Below are positions 36,473-46,430 of a DNA stretch of 64,000 nt, in pieces. A program made the translations under genes and the position numbers. Each line of letters starts with the position of its first letter. Within the stretch, counting starts at the first letter, position 1. Source of the DNA: a virus; the IMG/VR virus record IMGVR_UViG_3300028920_000027, positions 118,336 to 182,335 of that record, one strand, 5' to 3'. Below the pieces are notes generated by a model. It searched no databases and was not told the DNA's origin. It was given only the letters and a program-made list of their open reading frames with translations.

Positions 36473-36712
36473 TCAGATTGCCGGTCCGGTCCACGGCTCC
36501 CAGACGCGCTCGTCGCGGGGGAGCATGAACATGAGGCACTTTTGCACCTCCAACGCGCCCGTGTCCGTGGCCCCATCCTCGACATCGCCCCACGGCAACG
36601 GTCGGCCATCCTTGTAGTGGATCGTCATCCGTCCCGCGGGCGTCCAGGGGTCACGGCGCACCTGGGGAAGCCGCTGCTCGAACACCTCTTGCAGGGTCAG
36701 GAGGGCGCTCAT
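36473..36712 (-). CDS. Hypothetical protein
   Basis: Overlaps the previous stop codon. Confidence 0.55.
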   Translation of the reverse strand: MSALLTLQEVFEQRLPQVRRDPWTPAGRMTIHYKDGRPLPWGDVEDGATDTGALEVQKCLMFMLPRDERVWEPWTGPAI

Positions 36713-37083
36713 TCCAGCCCCAGCGCCCGCTTCTCATTGTCGTCGAGCTTGCTCAGCGCCCGCTTCCGGATCTCTTCGACGTCGAGCGTCGAGGGCCCGT
36801 CGAGGTCGATGGGCTTTTCGTCCTGGAGCAAGTAGACCTTGCCGTTGACCATAACGGCCCAGCGCGCCTTGATGTTGTGGTAGTGGTGACCCAGACGCCC
36901 GGTGACCTTTTGGGCGCCGGCTTCCGTCGAACGGAAGGCAAGGGTCCCGCGGTGCACGCCCCTACCCCCGTCATCGGTCTGGTAGGCTTCGTAGACCTGT
37001 AAAGGTTCGCGATTACGACAGGGGACCGAGTCGTCGAAGGGGCTAGGCACGTCGCAGGGCTCGTTGTGGTGGTCATAAGGCAT
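36709..37083 (-). CDS. Hypothetical protein
   Basis: ATG lies 5 nt after GGTG-TAAAGT. Confidence 0.65.
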   Translation of the reverse strand: MPYDHHNEPCDVPSPFDDSVPCRNREPLQVYEAYQTDDGGRGVHRGTLAFRSTEAGAQKVTGRLGHHYHNIKARWAVMVNGKVYLLQDEKPIDLDGPSTLDVEEIRKRALSKLDDNEKRALGLE

Positions 37084-37143
37084 GTCCCACTTTACACCAA
37101 GCAGCTCGAATGCTTTTAGACCGGAGTGGTGTACCTTTTAGAC

Positions 37144-37659
37144 ATGATCGAAGCCTACGTTGCGCGACTCGACGGCAAGCTTGTCGGTTGGGTCCCCGTC
37201 GCTCAGCACGAGCGGTTCTATGGACCGGGCCCGGAGTTCGTCGTGAAAGTCGCTGCCCTCGAACCTGACGAGGTTTCGGATGTTGAGCTGGCTATGGCTC
37301 AAGACGCCCTTGAAGCGGCCCAGAGGACCCATGCAATGGCCGCTCTCGAAGCCCAGCTGGAGCCCCTCTCCGAAACCGTCTACGCCCTCCAGGTGAATGC
37401 CAACCGGTTTTGGCTCGATCAAGCCCCGCTTCGAATGGCCAAGTACCTCGAAACCTGGACCGAGGTTTGCCGTCTTGGCTACGAACTGATGTGGGTCCGA
37501 CACCGTCGAGAGGTCGGGTGGAGAGTCATCACCTGGCTCACCTTCCTTGACCTTCAAAATGCGCCCTCCCCGCCCGCCAAGTGGGCACACGTGGTCCGGG
37601 AATCGCTTTTTGCCAACATCACACTACACATACCCGGGAAAGTGGTGACATGTCCCTGA
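37144..37659 (+). CDS. Hypothetical protein
   Basis: ATG lies 6 nt after GGTG-TACCTT. Confidence 0.6.
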   Translation: MIEAYVARLDGKLVGWVPVAQHERFYGPGPEFVVKVAALEPDEVSDVELAMAQDALEAAQRTHAMAALEAQLEPLSETVYALQVNANRFWLDQAPLRMAKYLETWTEVCRLGYELMWVRHRREVGWRVITWLTFLDLQNAPSPPAKWAHVVRESLFANITLHIPGKVVTCP

Positions 37660-37953
37660 AGCATCGCGACACCGTGGAGACCAGCTCCGAAGTCTTCACT
37701 CCCGGCTAAACCGTCTACGCCGCCCACGCGGATGAGGTTGAGCGTCTCGTCATCGTCGAGCAAGGGACCGGCGATTTCAACCTCAAATCCACTCCGGCCG
37801 ACCCCTATGTCGTCTGGGACCCGGCCCACCCCGAAGAAGGGGGCGCCGTTTACAGCGGCCTACGTCTCTATGAAGACCCGCCGCAGCCGCTTCGGCAACT
37901 CTGGCCCTGGAACTCAACGAACCCTGAAAGTTCAGCCATTGGATTCTAGCCGC

Positions 37954-38292
37954 TCAAGGGTGGTCCGCCAAACGTCGAAGCTTTGTCTCCTGCGTCGCCA
38001 AGCCTGCCAGATAGAACGCCCGCGTTCGCTCATCTTCGACCGGAACGGGCCGGAACGCTTCGGGGTTGACGTTCAAGTACGTCGACGATCTTGAACTCGT
38101 CAGATAGGGTGGGTACGCACCCAGGTACTCCAAAAGATCGCCAACCACAGCATCGGCTCCAAACGCCGAGTCGTAATCCTTCTCGAGCTTGGCCCGGTAA
38201 GCGGCCAAGCAGGCCGCTTGCAAGAGCGCCAAGTGTGTCGCCGCCTGCTCTGGGATCCCCAATGGGCCCCATGGTCGCCGTACTATAGACAT
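37954..38292 (-). CDS. Hypothetical protein
   Basis: ORF track. Confidence 0.5.
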   Translation of the reverse strand: MSIVRRPWGPLGIPEQAATHLALLQAACLAAYRAKLEKDYDSAFGADAVVGDLLEYLGAYPPYLTSSRSSTYLNVNPEAFRPVPVEDERTRAFYLAGLATQETKLRRLADHP

Positions 38293-38609
38293 TGACCCCC
38301 CAACTCCTCACCGTCAAAAAGCCGTCGAGCGTCTTCCGCCGAAACCAGCTGGTCTAGGTGTGTCAAAACATTGGTCAAGAGTTGTGGCGGAATGTCTTCC
38401 CGAGTGATGTTTATCGCCAAGAGCTGGCCGCCGGGACTGATCTTCAACTGATGCGCACGGATTGCCGCGCTCACCGCGTCGTATTTACCGTTGAGAATGA
38501 CCACCCCACGGCACCCCGCCTTGTCCGCGTAGGAGCAGTAGGTCATCTGCTTCGGAACCTCACTGATGCCCATACCCACTAGTACACCGGAATCTACGAA
38601 ATGGGCCAA
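38283..38609 (-). CDS. Hypothetical protein
   Basis: ORF track. Confidence 0.55.
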   Translation of the reverse strand: MAHFVDSGVLVGMGISEVPKQMTYCSYADKAGCRGVVILNGKYDAVSAAIRAHQLKISPGGQLLAINITREDIPPQLLTNVLTHLDQLVSAEDARRLFDGEELGGQCL

Positions 38610-39226
38610 CGAGCATGCTCAGGGGCCGGATCGAGGCTTATTTTCTGCCGAACTTGAGCGTCAAGCCAAGCATGGAGAACGCCACTGTCTGCAAAATCGG
38701 TCTGGAGAGGGACTCGGCCACAATTTGACCATACACGGTAGGGCTTGAGTTCGCCTTGAACGAGGTAGTTCTCATACCGAGGTGACACTTCGACTTTCGT
38801 GTTTGACCAAAGGCGAGCGTGGAGTGGGCCTCCTATGACCGTGACGAGCTTGACGTCCGAAGAGCCACGCCCAGCCTTCACCAGGTTGAGAAGGTCTCGG
38901 TGAAGTTGAGCGCGGAAGGCCGAGAGTGCTTGGTTGATGTACCGGGGTACGCCGGGAATGTCCGCACAAGGAGCCTGGCGAAGGTCCTTGAGGGCATACT
39001 GGAATGACCCGGAGAAGGGTTTTTGACGGACAAGCCCTGCGTTTCTGCCCGAAGTCCAGAGGTCACCGTTGAAGGTTCTACCCGTGAAGGACCCTCGGTC
39101 GATGATGAAGTGAGGTCGATCGAGAAGGGGCGGGGATCCCTCAGTCACGAGCAGAGGAGCGTCCTTCGGCAGCGAGACTGCTGCTGCCGTGATCCCGAGT
39201 AGCTGGAGGAAGACGCGGCGTTCCAT
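38594..39226 (-). CDS. Hypothetical protein with twin-arginine-like N-terminus
   Basis: MERRVFLQLLGITAAAV; ATG lies 7 nt after GGTG-TATACT. Confidence 0.6.
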   Translation of the reverse strand: MERRVFLQLLGITAAAVSLPKDAPLLVTEGSPPLLDRPHFIIDRGSFTGRTFNGDLWTSGRNAGLVRQKPFSGSFQYALKDLRQAPCADIPGVPRYINQALSAFRAQLHRDLLNLVKAGRGSSDVKLVTVIGGPLHARLWSNTKVEVSPRYENYLVQGELKPYRVWSNCGRVPLQTDFADSGVLHAWLDAQVRQKISLDPAPEHARWPIS

Positions 39227-39281
39227 GGGAGCCAGTATACACCGATGCTGAGGTGGGCACGGCGCGACTTGCGCGGTTATG

Positions 39282-40316
39282 TTACACCAGCTCTGCCAGC
39301 GGTCTACCCTCGTGGGTGAGTCGCTCCACGCCGAACTGGAAGTACGTTGAATCGATCTCGCAAGCGCACGCACGACGCCCCAACCTGATGGCCGCGATGG
39401 TCGCGGAGAACAACCCGCCGAAAGGTTCCCAGATCACGTCGCCGACGTCGGTCAATGATGCGCTCCATCAGGGCAAGTGGCTTCTGGTTCAGGTGAACAG
39501 CCCTGCATCCGTTCTGCACCGTGTAGTGGAGCCAGATCCCAAACGTTGGTGACACCGTGTGGGCAGTGAAACTTGGCGCGCGTTCCGGCCCACGCGAGAA
39601 GTAGGGTCTTCCCGCCGGCTTGCCATGCTGGTTGGCGTAGTCAGAGATCCAGTACGTCTTTGAGCCGCGGATCGACGGGATGCTTCTCAAGCAGTGGCTC
39701 TTGGCCGAGTGGAAGCGCACCGGGCTTCCTCTGCGGCTGGCGAACACTGCGTGTGGTGTTCGGAACGCCGCGACCAGGAAATACTTTGACCAGGGGCACG
39801 TCTGGTATTGGCCACCAGTCGAGATGTGTTGACGTTGCCAGCGACACCCTTATTCCAGATGTTCGCGTTCACATACCGAAAGCCGTGCCGCTCCAGTGTC
39901 GGGTGGGCCGCTGCCCAGCCGATCTCGCTGTTCCAGAACCACAGCGTCATACCGGGCTTGGCATATCTGACCCACTCTCGCGCATGGGGTTCGTACCAGG
40001 CCGGAACGCCGAGATGGTCTGACGTGTCCCCTTCGAACCCGAGAACACCGTAGGCACCATCCGAAACGATCGTGTCTGGGCGAGGCCACCTCGCGTAGTG
40101 ATGTAAAGCGTCACCAAATGCCACCTCTGAGCCGTGAGCACGCCAGCGTTCTGTCGGTGGGGCGTTGCCCAGGCGAATAGCCTTCGCACGGCCCACTGTG
40201 CTCGGATATTCTCGATTGATCTGGGGACTGTTGTCGAGGAGTGACACACCACTGTCGCACCCACACCCACATTTGGCCAAGTTTGGGGATCCATGACCAT
40301 GAGATTCTCGCGGCAT
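39282..40316 (-). pseudogene. DNA amino-methyltransferase (N4C/N6A family) disrupted by small deletions and an internal inversion
   Basis: IVSDGAYG, WNKG, HLNQKP and WEPFGG motifs lie in several frames; segment 39644-39826 reads on the + strand. Confidence 0.85.
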
Positions 40317-40625
40317 GAGCCGCAGTCTACCTCAACCACATCAAGAAGTCCGAAGAGGTAAAACCTGCCGCCGCCAAGACTGCCCCCGCCAAGACTGCCC
40401 CCTGAGAGCCCCTTCGATCACTTGCAGGTAGCCGCCATCGACGTCGACGAAGCAGCTTCCCAAGGCGATCCAGCCTTGGCTAACTAGCCTGGGTGCGACG
40501 ATGGGAAATAAGCTCGATCCCCCGCCCAAAGAGGGAGCGAGGGCTCGAAGACGCCTATGACCAAGGCGTATCCCGACGACTGGACCCTCTCAGCTTACTC
40601 GTGCAGGGTTCGCTGGCAACTTCTT

Positions 40626-40931
40626 TCAGCGGACCCGGTGCGTGGCTCGAGCCCGTAGCAGCGGTTTGAGGCCAGCGGCGGCCTTACTCAACGCGGCCCG
40701 CTCACCCGTGGTCAAATGCCCCCGGAACGCCTCTTCAGCCGCCTCGGCCACGTCAATGAGGCGGTCGAACACCTCGGCGAGCGCCTCATCCCGTTCGTCA
40801 TCGTCCATGGACTCCAAGTCTTCGGGACGGTAGCCCAGGCTGCTGGGGTCGTAAGCTGCCTCGACCAAGGTGTAAGCAAGCTTGGGATTCGTGGTCGCTA
40901 GTTGGACAGCGCGGTGCGCGAGTCGATCCAT
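40626..40931 (-). CDS. Hypothetical protein
   Basis: Real start MDRLAH; the longer ORF-track frame is antisense to the ATP-grasp gene. Confidence 0.55.
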   Translation of the reverse strand: MDRLAHRAVQLATTNPKLAYTLVEAAYDPSSLGYRPEDLESMDDDERDEALAEVFDRLIDVAEAAEEAFRGHLTTGERAALSKAAAGLKPLLRARATHRVR

Positions 40932-41000
40932 GCCAGACCGTTCCGATGAGTCTTTCCGGTGTATCCTCACAAACGTCTCCCCCGGGGAAGCCGCACACTG

Positions 41001-41717
41001 ATGGTCACCTACATTGAAGTCTCTCTCGGCACCAAGATCCCGTTCGATGAGTCTGCCTACGCCATGTGGTACGGCTGCCGGCAGCTCGACGTCGAGACGC
41101 GCACCTTCGACTTCTTGCAAGATGTCGAGCCCGACCCGGAACATGTTGTGCACGGCAAGGTCCGCACGGTGCTCCGAGCCCTGCGTCGACTCCAAGTGCC
41201 GCCGCCACCCCCGCTCGATGCCCCCGAGCCGCTCCTCCCCTTCTTCGGGCGCCGCATCTGGACCACGACACTGGGCGCCATCCGCGAACACAGGGGTCGA
41301 GTGTTCATCAAGCCCGCTGAGGACCAGAAAGCCTTCACCGGGTTCGTCGCTGACGATCCCGTGCAGACCATGGTCCGAACTGCACCCTTTCCCAACGATA
41401 TGCCATTGCTCGCTTCCGAACCCGTCACCTTCGTCGCTGAGTACCGCATCATGGTCCACCACAGGCGCCTCATCGCCTGCCGCCACTACTCAGGGGACTT
41501 CACCACCTCCCCCGACTTCAGCGTCGCCTATGCCGCCGTGAGAGCCTTCACGGCCGCCCCCTGTGCCTACAGCCTCGACCTCGGCGTCACCAATGATGAC
41601 CGAACGCTCATCGTCGAGGTCAACGACGCCTGGGCGCTAGGCTCCTACGGTACGCCGCCCATGCTCTATGCTCGGATGATTGCCGACCGCTGGCGTCAAC
41701 TCGTGGGGCTCGAATGA
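41001..41717 (+). CDS. ATP-grasp domain protein (DUF4343/R2K-like)
   Basis: VFIKP..KAFTGFV..EYR..YSGD..YSLDLGV..IVEVNDAWALGSYG. Confidence 0.85.
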   Translation: MVTYIEVSLGTKIPFDESAYAMWYGCRQLDVETRTFDFLQDVEPDPEHVVHGKVRTVLRALRRLQVPPPPPLDAPEPLLPFFGRRIWTTTLGAIREHRGRVFIKPAEDQKAFTGFVADDPVQTMVRTAPFPNDMPLLASEPVTFVAEYRIMVHHRRLIACRHYSGDFTTSPDFSVAYAAVRAFTAAPCAYSLDLGVTNDDRTLIVEVNDAWALGSYGTPPMLYARMIADRWRQLVGLE

Positions 41718-41992
41718 CTATCATCGCCTTCACCGTCGGCCGCACCACAAACTACGAACGTGGCCTGCACATGCGGAAGGTCGGTCGCACGGAGGACTAT
41801 GACGGAGGCTGTGTCTTCCGCACCATACCCGAGGCTCAAGCCTTCATCGACCAACACGGGTACCCCTACAGCGTCTACCAGCTCGTGCTCCAAAGCGACG
41901 CTGACGTGGATTGGGCCCGCGAGGCCGAGCTGGGCTACGGCCTCCTGCTCGTTGATACTCCCATCACGGCCCTATGCCGCCCACAGACGTGA
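41714..41992 (+). CDS. Hypothetical protein
   Basis: ATGA overlap with the previous gene. Confidence 0.6.
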   Translation: MTIIAFTVGRTTNYERGLHMRKVGRTEDYDGGCVFRTIPEAQAFIDQHGYPYSVYQLVLQSDADVDWAREAELGYGLLLVDTPITALCRPQT

Positions 41993-42115
41993 GGTAAGAC
42001 GGGTGGCTCCAAAGTCTCCCTTCACTCAGGAAGAAGCAAACCGGGCCACGGACGATGGTGTACTGTGGTGATATCCGCCCCAGGCCCGGGAGAAAGGTAG
42101 AAGGTAGAAAGAAAA

Positions 42116-42433
42116 ATGCATATTTACGAGGTCCAACTGGGACATCAGACGGCTAAAGTCACTTGGTCTGACGTCGACGACTGCTCCGACGAATTCAAAG
42201 AAACAGTATGGATCACCCAGGGGGGCGCTACGGCGATAGTCCGCGCAGAATCTTTTCCGGCCGCCATCGCAAGGGCTAAAGCGGTCGTGATAGAGGCAGG
42301 TGGCTTCGACCAGCTCAAATCGCCAAACGGTTCAGAGACGTCGCTCTTCCGGGTGCTCGTTGACCGCAATCGCCAAACTGCTCCGTTGGCCTGGAGCATC
42401 GTCTACACTAGTCATTCGGATGATCTTACCTAA
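42116..42433 (+). CDS. Hypothetical protein
   Basis: Purine-rich RBS upstream. Confidence 0.55.
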   Translation: MHIYEVQLGHQTAKVTWSDVDDCSDEFKETVWITQGGATAIVRAESFPAAIARAKAVVIEAGGFDQLKSPNGSETSLFRVLVDRNRQTAPLAWSIVYTSHSDDLT

Positions 42434-42520
42434 TATGAAACGTGAGGAACTACCCTCGAGCCGCCACCAACGGATCCGAGACCGAGGCCAGGCAAGCCAG
42501 ATGATCTTCCCCATCCACGT

Positions 42521-42832
42521 GTGGCGCGACGCGTCTTCTACGCCAACTTCCCGGGCCAAACGCCAATCGCCACGGGTCAGTCCAAGGTCGAAGCCGCCAG
42601 GGCGCTCATGCTCGCCTGTGTAGGTCACGTGCAAGACGGGACACTGAACCCTGATGACCTCGATGCGACACCCGTCCAGCACGTGCTCAACACCCTCTCT
42701 AGCTGCCTCGAACGCCAGCTGCAACTGCGTGCGGCCGACTACCGCTCGGGTGCCACCTTGCAACTTGAGGATAGTACCATCAGCGACCTGGGTACGGCCA
42801 TTGCCGCCGTGGCGCGCCTCAAGGAGTTCTAA
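42521..42832 (+). CDS. Hypothetical protein
   Basis: ORF track. Confidence 0.55.
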   Translation: MARRVFYANFPGQTPIATGQSKVEAARALMLACVGHVQDGTLNPDDLDATPVQHVLNTLSSCLERQLQLRAADYRSGATLQLEDSTISDLGTAIAAVARLKEF

Positions 42833-42835
42833 GAA

Positions 42836-43429
42836 ATGGTCGAACGTCTGCGGCCTGCAAGAACTCCCTTCACTCAGGAAGAAGCAAACCGGGCCACAGA
42901 CGAATGGGGATTCAACTGCGGACCAGCAGCACTGGCCGCACTGCTCCAGAAGACCCCTGAGGAAGTCCGGCTGCTCCTGGGGGACTTCGAGGCTAAGCGG
43001 TACACAAGCCCCGCCATGATGCGGGCCGCCCTGAAACGGGTACCCAATGTTGAGTTCAAGGTCCGTGGGACTTTGCAAGCCGAGCCGCCTGGGCCCGCCT
43101 GGCCCCGGTTCGGCCTGGTCCGCATCCAGTGGGGTGGTCCCTGGTGTAGGCCCGAAGCCTCCGCACGGGCTCGCCACCGTAAGACACACTGGAGTGCTAC
43201 CCAAATGTTGGGTGAGGAACGCCTCATCTTCGACGTGAACGGCTGTGCCTGGGGCCCCTTCTCCGGCTAGAAGACAATCCTTGTCCCATGGATCATCAAG
43301 AATGTCGTTCCAGGGGGCGATGGGACCTGGTGGCCCACTCATGCTTTCGAGGTGGCAATCGGGCAAGACAAGCCAGAGGTCGCCGGAGGCGTGCGTGAGG
43401 CCGCCTTGTGGGCCCGCCCTCCGGTGTAA
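42836..43429 (+). pseudogene. Papain-fold/peptidase C39-like protein with an in-frame TAG at 43268-43270
   Basis: NCGPAALAA..THW..IFDVN; the same frame continues past TAG (KTILVPWII..WWPTH..EV) to TAA at 43429. Confidence 0.6.
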
Positions 43430-43438
43430 AGTAAGGAA

Positions 43439-43927
43439 ATGCTCACGTTTTTACCTCCAAAATGGCGTATCATCGACATGGGAAACCGACGGCAGGTTCG
43501 GGTAACCGAGTTGCTCGACCGACTCATGTCCAGGTACGGAGAGGCCTTCGTGGCGGACGCCTTCAGTGCAGCCGTCGAAGGTCGCTTGCTGGAGAGGCTC
43601 AGGTCACGCTTCGGCGAGTCAACGTCAGAGCCTCGAATCGCAACCCTGCTGGACTACCCTCGACGGCTTCTCTACACAGAGGAGAAGGGCCGTGTCGACT
43701 GGGAAAACCAGACTTTCCCCGGGGAGGATCACTCTGACGTCCGCGAAAAAGATGGCGAACGCACGTTCACAACCGAGCCCTACGGCATTAGCTGGGAGAA
43801 TTTGGCTGGGATGGTCGACTACTGTCGGAAAAATGGCCTTCAAGCCGACGTGTCCACAGGGTCGCCGCACAACGCTACCAGTTGTGTCCTGGTCACCGTG
43901 CGCCGGGCTTCAAAGGAAACGCCGTGA
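43439..43927 (+). CDS. Hypothetical protein
   Basis: ATG lies 6 nt after GGTG-TAAAGT. Confidence 0.6.
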   Translation: MLTFLPPKWRIIDMGNRRQVRVTELLDRLMSRYGEAFVADAFSAAVEGRLLERLRSRFGESTSEPRIATLLDYPRRLLYTEEKGRVDWENQTFPGEDHSDVREKDGERTFTTEPYGISWENLAGMVDYCRKNGLQADVSTGSPHNATSCVLVTVRRASKETP

Positions 43928-44865
43928 TGGAAATGGTCACTTCCCAAGAAGCGGGCCTGGTCCTGGTGCGGTTCGAGACATGCTGGCGCCCCCTGTGCCA
44001 GCATGTCGTTACTGAGTGGGGTATCGCCCACGAAGGGCGGGCATCCCTTGCCTACGAAATGTTCGAGCGGCTTGAAGGCCAAGACGTATTCGATTGGCCT
44101 ATGTTGCTGGGCCTGCCGTCGCGGAGTCTCGACGAGTTGACCGAGATCGCGTTCCGACCACCGATAGACTCGGGGACGTTCTGGCAATGGTTGTTGTCCA
44201 AGTCCGACCAGCAAGACGCCTTGGGGTTGCTGTCCGCTGACCTGCGACGGGACCTCCTAGCCCCCAAGACCGATGATCTCGCAAAGCTGTACGAGTATCT
44301 GGGAACCTCTGACCCGTCGTTGTGGGAAGACCGTAAGCACGGATCGGAGTTGGCACAGTCCGCTGTCCTGTGCGCCTGGCTCGCGTTCAAAACGGGGTTC
44401 AAGGCAATCCCGATAAGCCCCGATGTATTCCTCAAGCTGGGTCGAGCCTACGCCCTGTTGCGAGGGCTCCAAGCCGATGAAGGAGTCAGGGATGACGTTG
44501 ACGTGTCCCCTGTGGTCAAACAACTAGCCCCTATGCTGGATAGATTGGGGCTGGTACGGACGACATTCCCCTTCAAACCATACGATGAGGTGGAGCCCTT
44601 GGCCGACTACTTCCAACGACTGTCCACGTGCTGGAGTCAGATCGACAGAGACCTCCACGACGTGTATCGCAGCGTGACCCTTTCATTTCAAGTGAACGAC
44701 CAGGGCGCTGACCTGTTCCAAGTGATAGGGTACTCTGGGTTGGCCGGCCTCCGTGTCGATATCACCGACGCTGCGGAGAAGTTCAACGTGGTGACCCAGG
44801 ACCTGTTTCCAGAGGTGGAAAGTCGAGGGCTTTCGACTTGGGAACTTCTAGCCCTGACCAGCTGA
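43924..44865 (+). CDS. Hypothetical protein with a possible YozE-like segment
   Basis: TFWQWLL..DALGLLSADLRRD..P..YL. Confidence 0.55.
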   Translation: MMEMVTSQEAGLVLVRFETCWRPLCQHVVTEWGIAHEGRASLAYEMFERLEGQDVFDWPMLLGLPSRSLDELTEIAFRPPIDSGTFWQWLLSKSDQQDALGLLSADLRRDLLAPKTDDLAKLYEYLGTSDPSLWEDRKHGSELAQSAVLCAWLAFKTGFKAIPISPDVFLKLGRAYALLRGLQADEGVRDDVDVSPVVKQLAPMLDRLGLVRTTFPFKPYDEVEPLADYFQRLSTCWSQIDRDLHDVYRSVTLSFQVNDQGADLFQVIGYSGLAGLRVDITDAAEKFNVVTQDLFPEVESRGLSTWELLALTS

Positions 44866-44978
44866 CGTCCAAACCATGCCGAACGTCTCACCACTTGCTC
44901 CCAGTGCCGAGACCTCGAGGTCACGGCCGTCACCCATCCAAACCATGAACGCCCTCGCCACGCTCCAATGCCGCGCCT

Positions 44979-45269
44979 GTGGCCACATGGGAAGGTCTGG
45001 TCACTAGTCGCGAACAGCGCCGCCAAGGCTTCTGCATCATGCCAACGCCACCCTGCGACGACCACGCCGCCATCCTGGCCTACCTAGGCACCATCCCCGA
45101 GCTCGAAGCAGACGCCATCACGCTGTACGTCCAGAACGGCATGGAGCCGGAGAACATCGCTGCCGTCATCGGGACCGACTTCGCGACCGCGCGCCGGGAC
45201 CGAGAAGTCCAACAGCTCGCCCAGGACGCACGCCGCCCGTCCCTCTGGGAACGGCTCAGCCGCTTGTAG
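44979..45269 (+). CDS. Hypothetical protein with C-terminal PSLWERL tag (start uncertain)
   Basis: Ends RRPSLWERLSRL. Confidence 0.55.
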   Translation: MATWEGLVTSREQRRQGFCIMPTPPCDDHAAILAYLGTIPELEADAITLYVQNGMEPENIAAVIGTDFATARRDREVQQLAQDARRPSLWERLSRL

Positions 45270-45567
45270 AGATGGGGTTCAGCGAACCGTCCGTCAGGCA
45301 GCGTTGACGGCCCAGTCCAGACTCTCCGCTCGCAACAGCCGCACCGCTTCCTGTACGCTCGAACGCGCTCCCAGCGCCTCCAGGACGGCTCCCAGCGCCG
45401 CTTCTGCCTCTCCCCGCGGGGGCGGCCTCCAACGCGCGTGAAAGCGCCGTGGCGGCCTTGTAGCGGACAGCCACAAAGCGACGGTCGACCATGCTCAAGC
45501 CGAGGTCACCTCGATGACTCCTTGCTTCGAAGCAATGACACCCAGGCACCCAATCTGTCGTTGCTCA

Positions 45568-46430
45568 CTACCGACTCCTTGTCGCGGCAGCCACAAAGCG
45601 ACGCCCAAACCGCTTCGCCAGCAAGACGGGAACGGCGTTCCCGACCTGCCGAGCGATAGAGTCAAGAGTTCCACAAAACTGGTAGTTTGGAGGGAATGTC
45701 TGCAAGAGAGCCGCCTCGCGCGGAGATGGCGCGGTCCTGAGTCGGATGCCCAAACCGACCATTGGACAAGCTGATGCATCGAGTAGTCATGGCAGTGGCA
45801 GGCTCCCCCAGACGAAGCCGCCCATAGACATCGGAGAATGAACTGGTGTCCTGCGTATGGTAGGACAGGAGAAGCTCGCGTGGCCAGTCCAGGCGAGAGC
45901 CCCCGACGGGCGTGGCACGGATTCTTGCAAGGTTTCGTGGGGAAAGGTTGGCGCTGCGGTGAATCGGGTCCTGTGCGTCGATCTGCCCAGCGACGAGTGG
46001 TGGCATAGCTCCTATCCAGTCGCTCACCGTGGACCATGGACGTGCCCGTCCAGGGCCATGCGTGAGATGGGGCCAACCGATTTTGCCGCGGCGACTAGCG
46101 GTGAGGACCCAGCGCGCTCGCCGCTGTGGAACGCCGTAGTCACGACAGTCAACGATGCCGTGGCGATATGCGTAGTTGAGACAGTGCAGCGCCTCGAGTA
46201 GGTCCCTCCCAGGACTCCCACTCGTGCCCTCCCAGTTTCGGGCTTCGGGAACGTTCTCACAGAAAATGAAGTCTGGCCGGAGGGCTTCAACGAATCGCAG
46301 GAACTCCAGGAGGAGGTAGGACCGGGGATCTTCTGTGGCTCGACCCCTTCGCTGCCTGGAGAAGGGCTGGCAGGGAGCTGCTACAACCTCGATGCCAGCC
46401 CGCCTCATGCCAGTGCTCGTCCCCCCAAGG
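45568..46430 (-). pseudogene. DNA cytosine-5 methyltransferase remnant
   Basis: GGTSTGMRRAGIEVV is joined directly to APCQPFS (internal deletion); ENV and YGVPQRRAR present; frameshift before REAALLQTFP..QVGNAVP. Confidence 0.88.

Noticed and set aside
40371-40401. Short tandem duplications (15-bp unit here; PETT repeat in cas11; KQ repeat at about 19385)
   Set aside because: Ordinary low-complexity or slippage repeats.
45468-45603. 16-nt direct repeat CAGCCACAAAGCGACG, 120 bp apart
   Set aside because: No mobile-element features; could be a small local duplication of little consequence.
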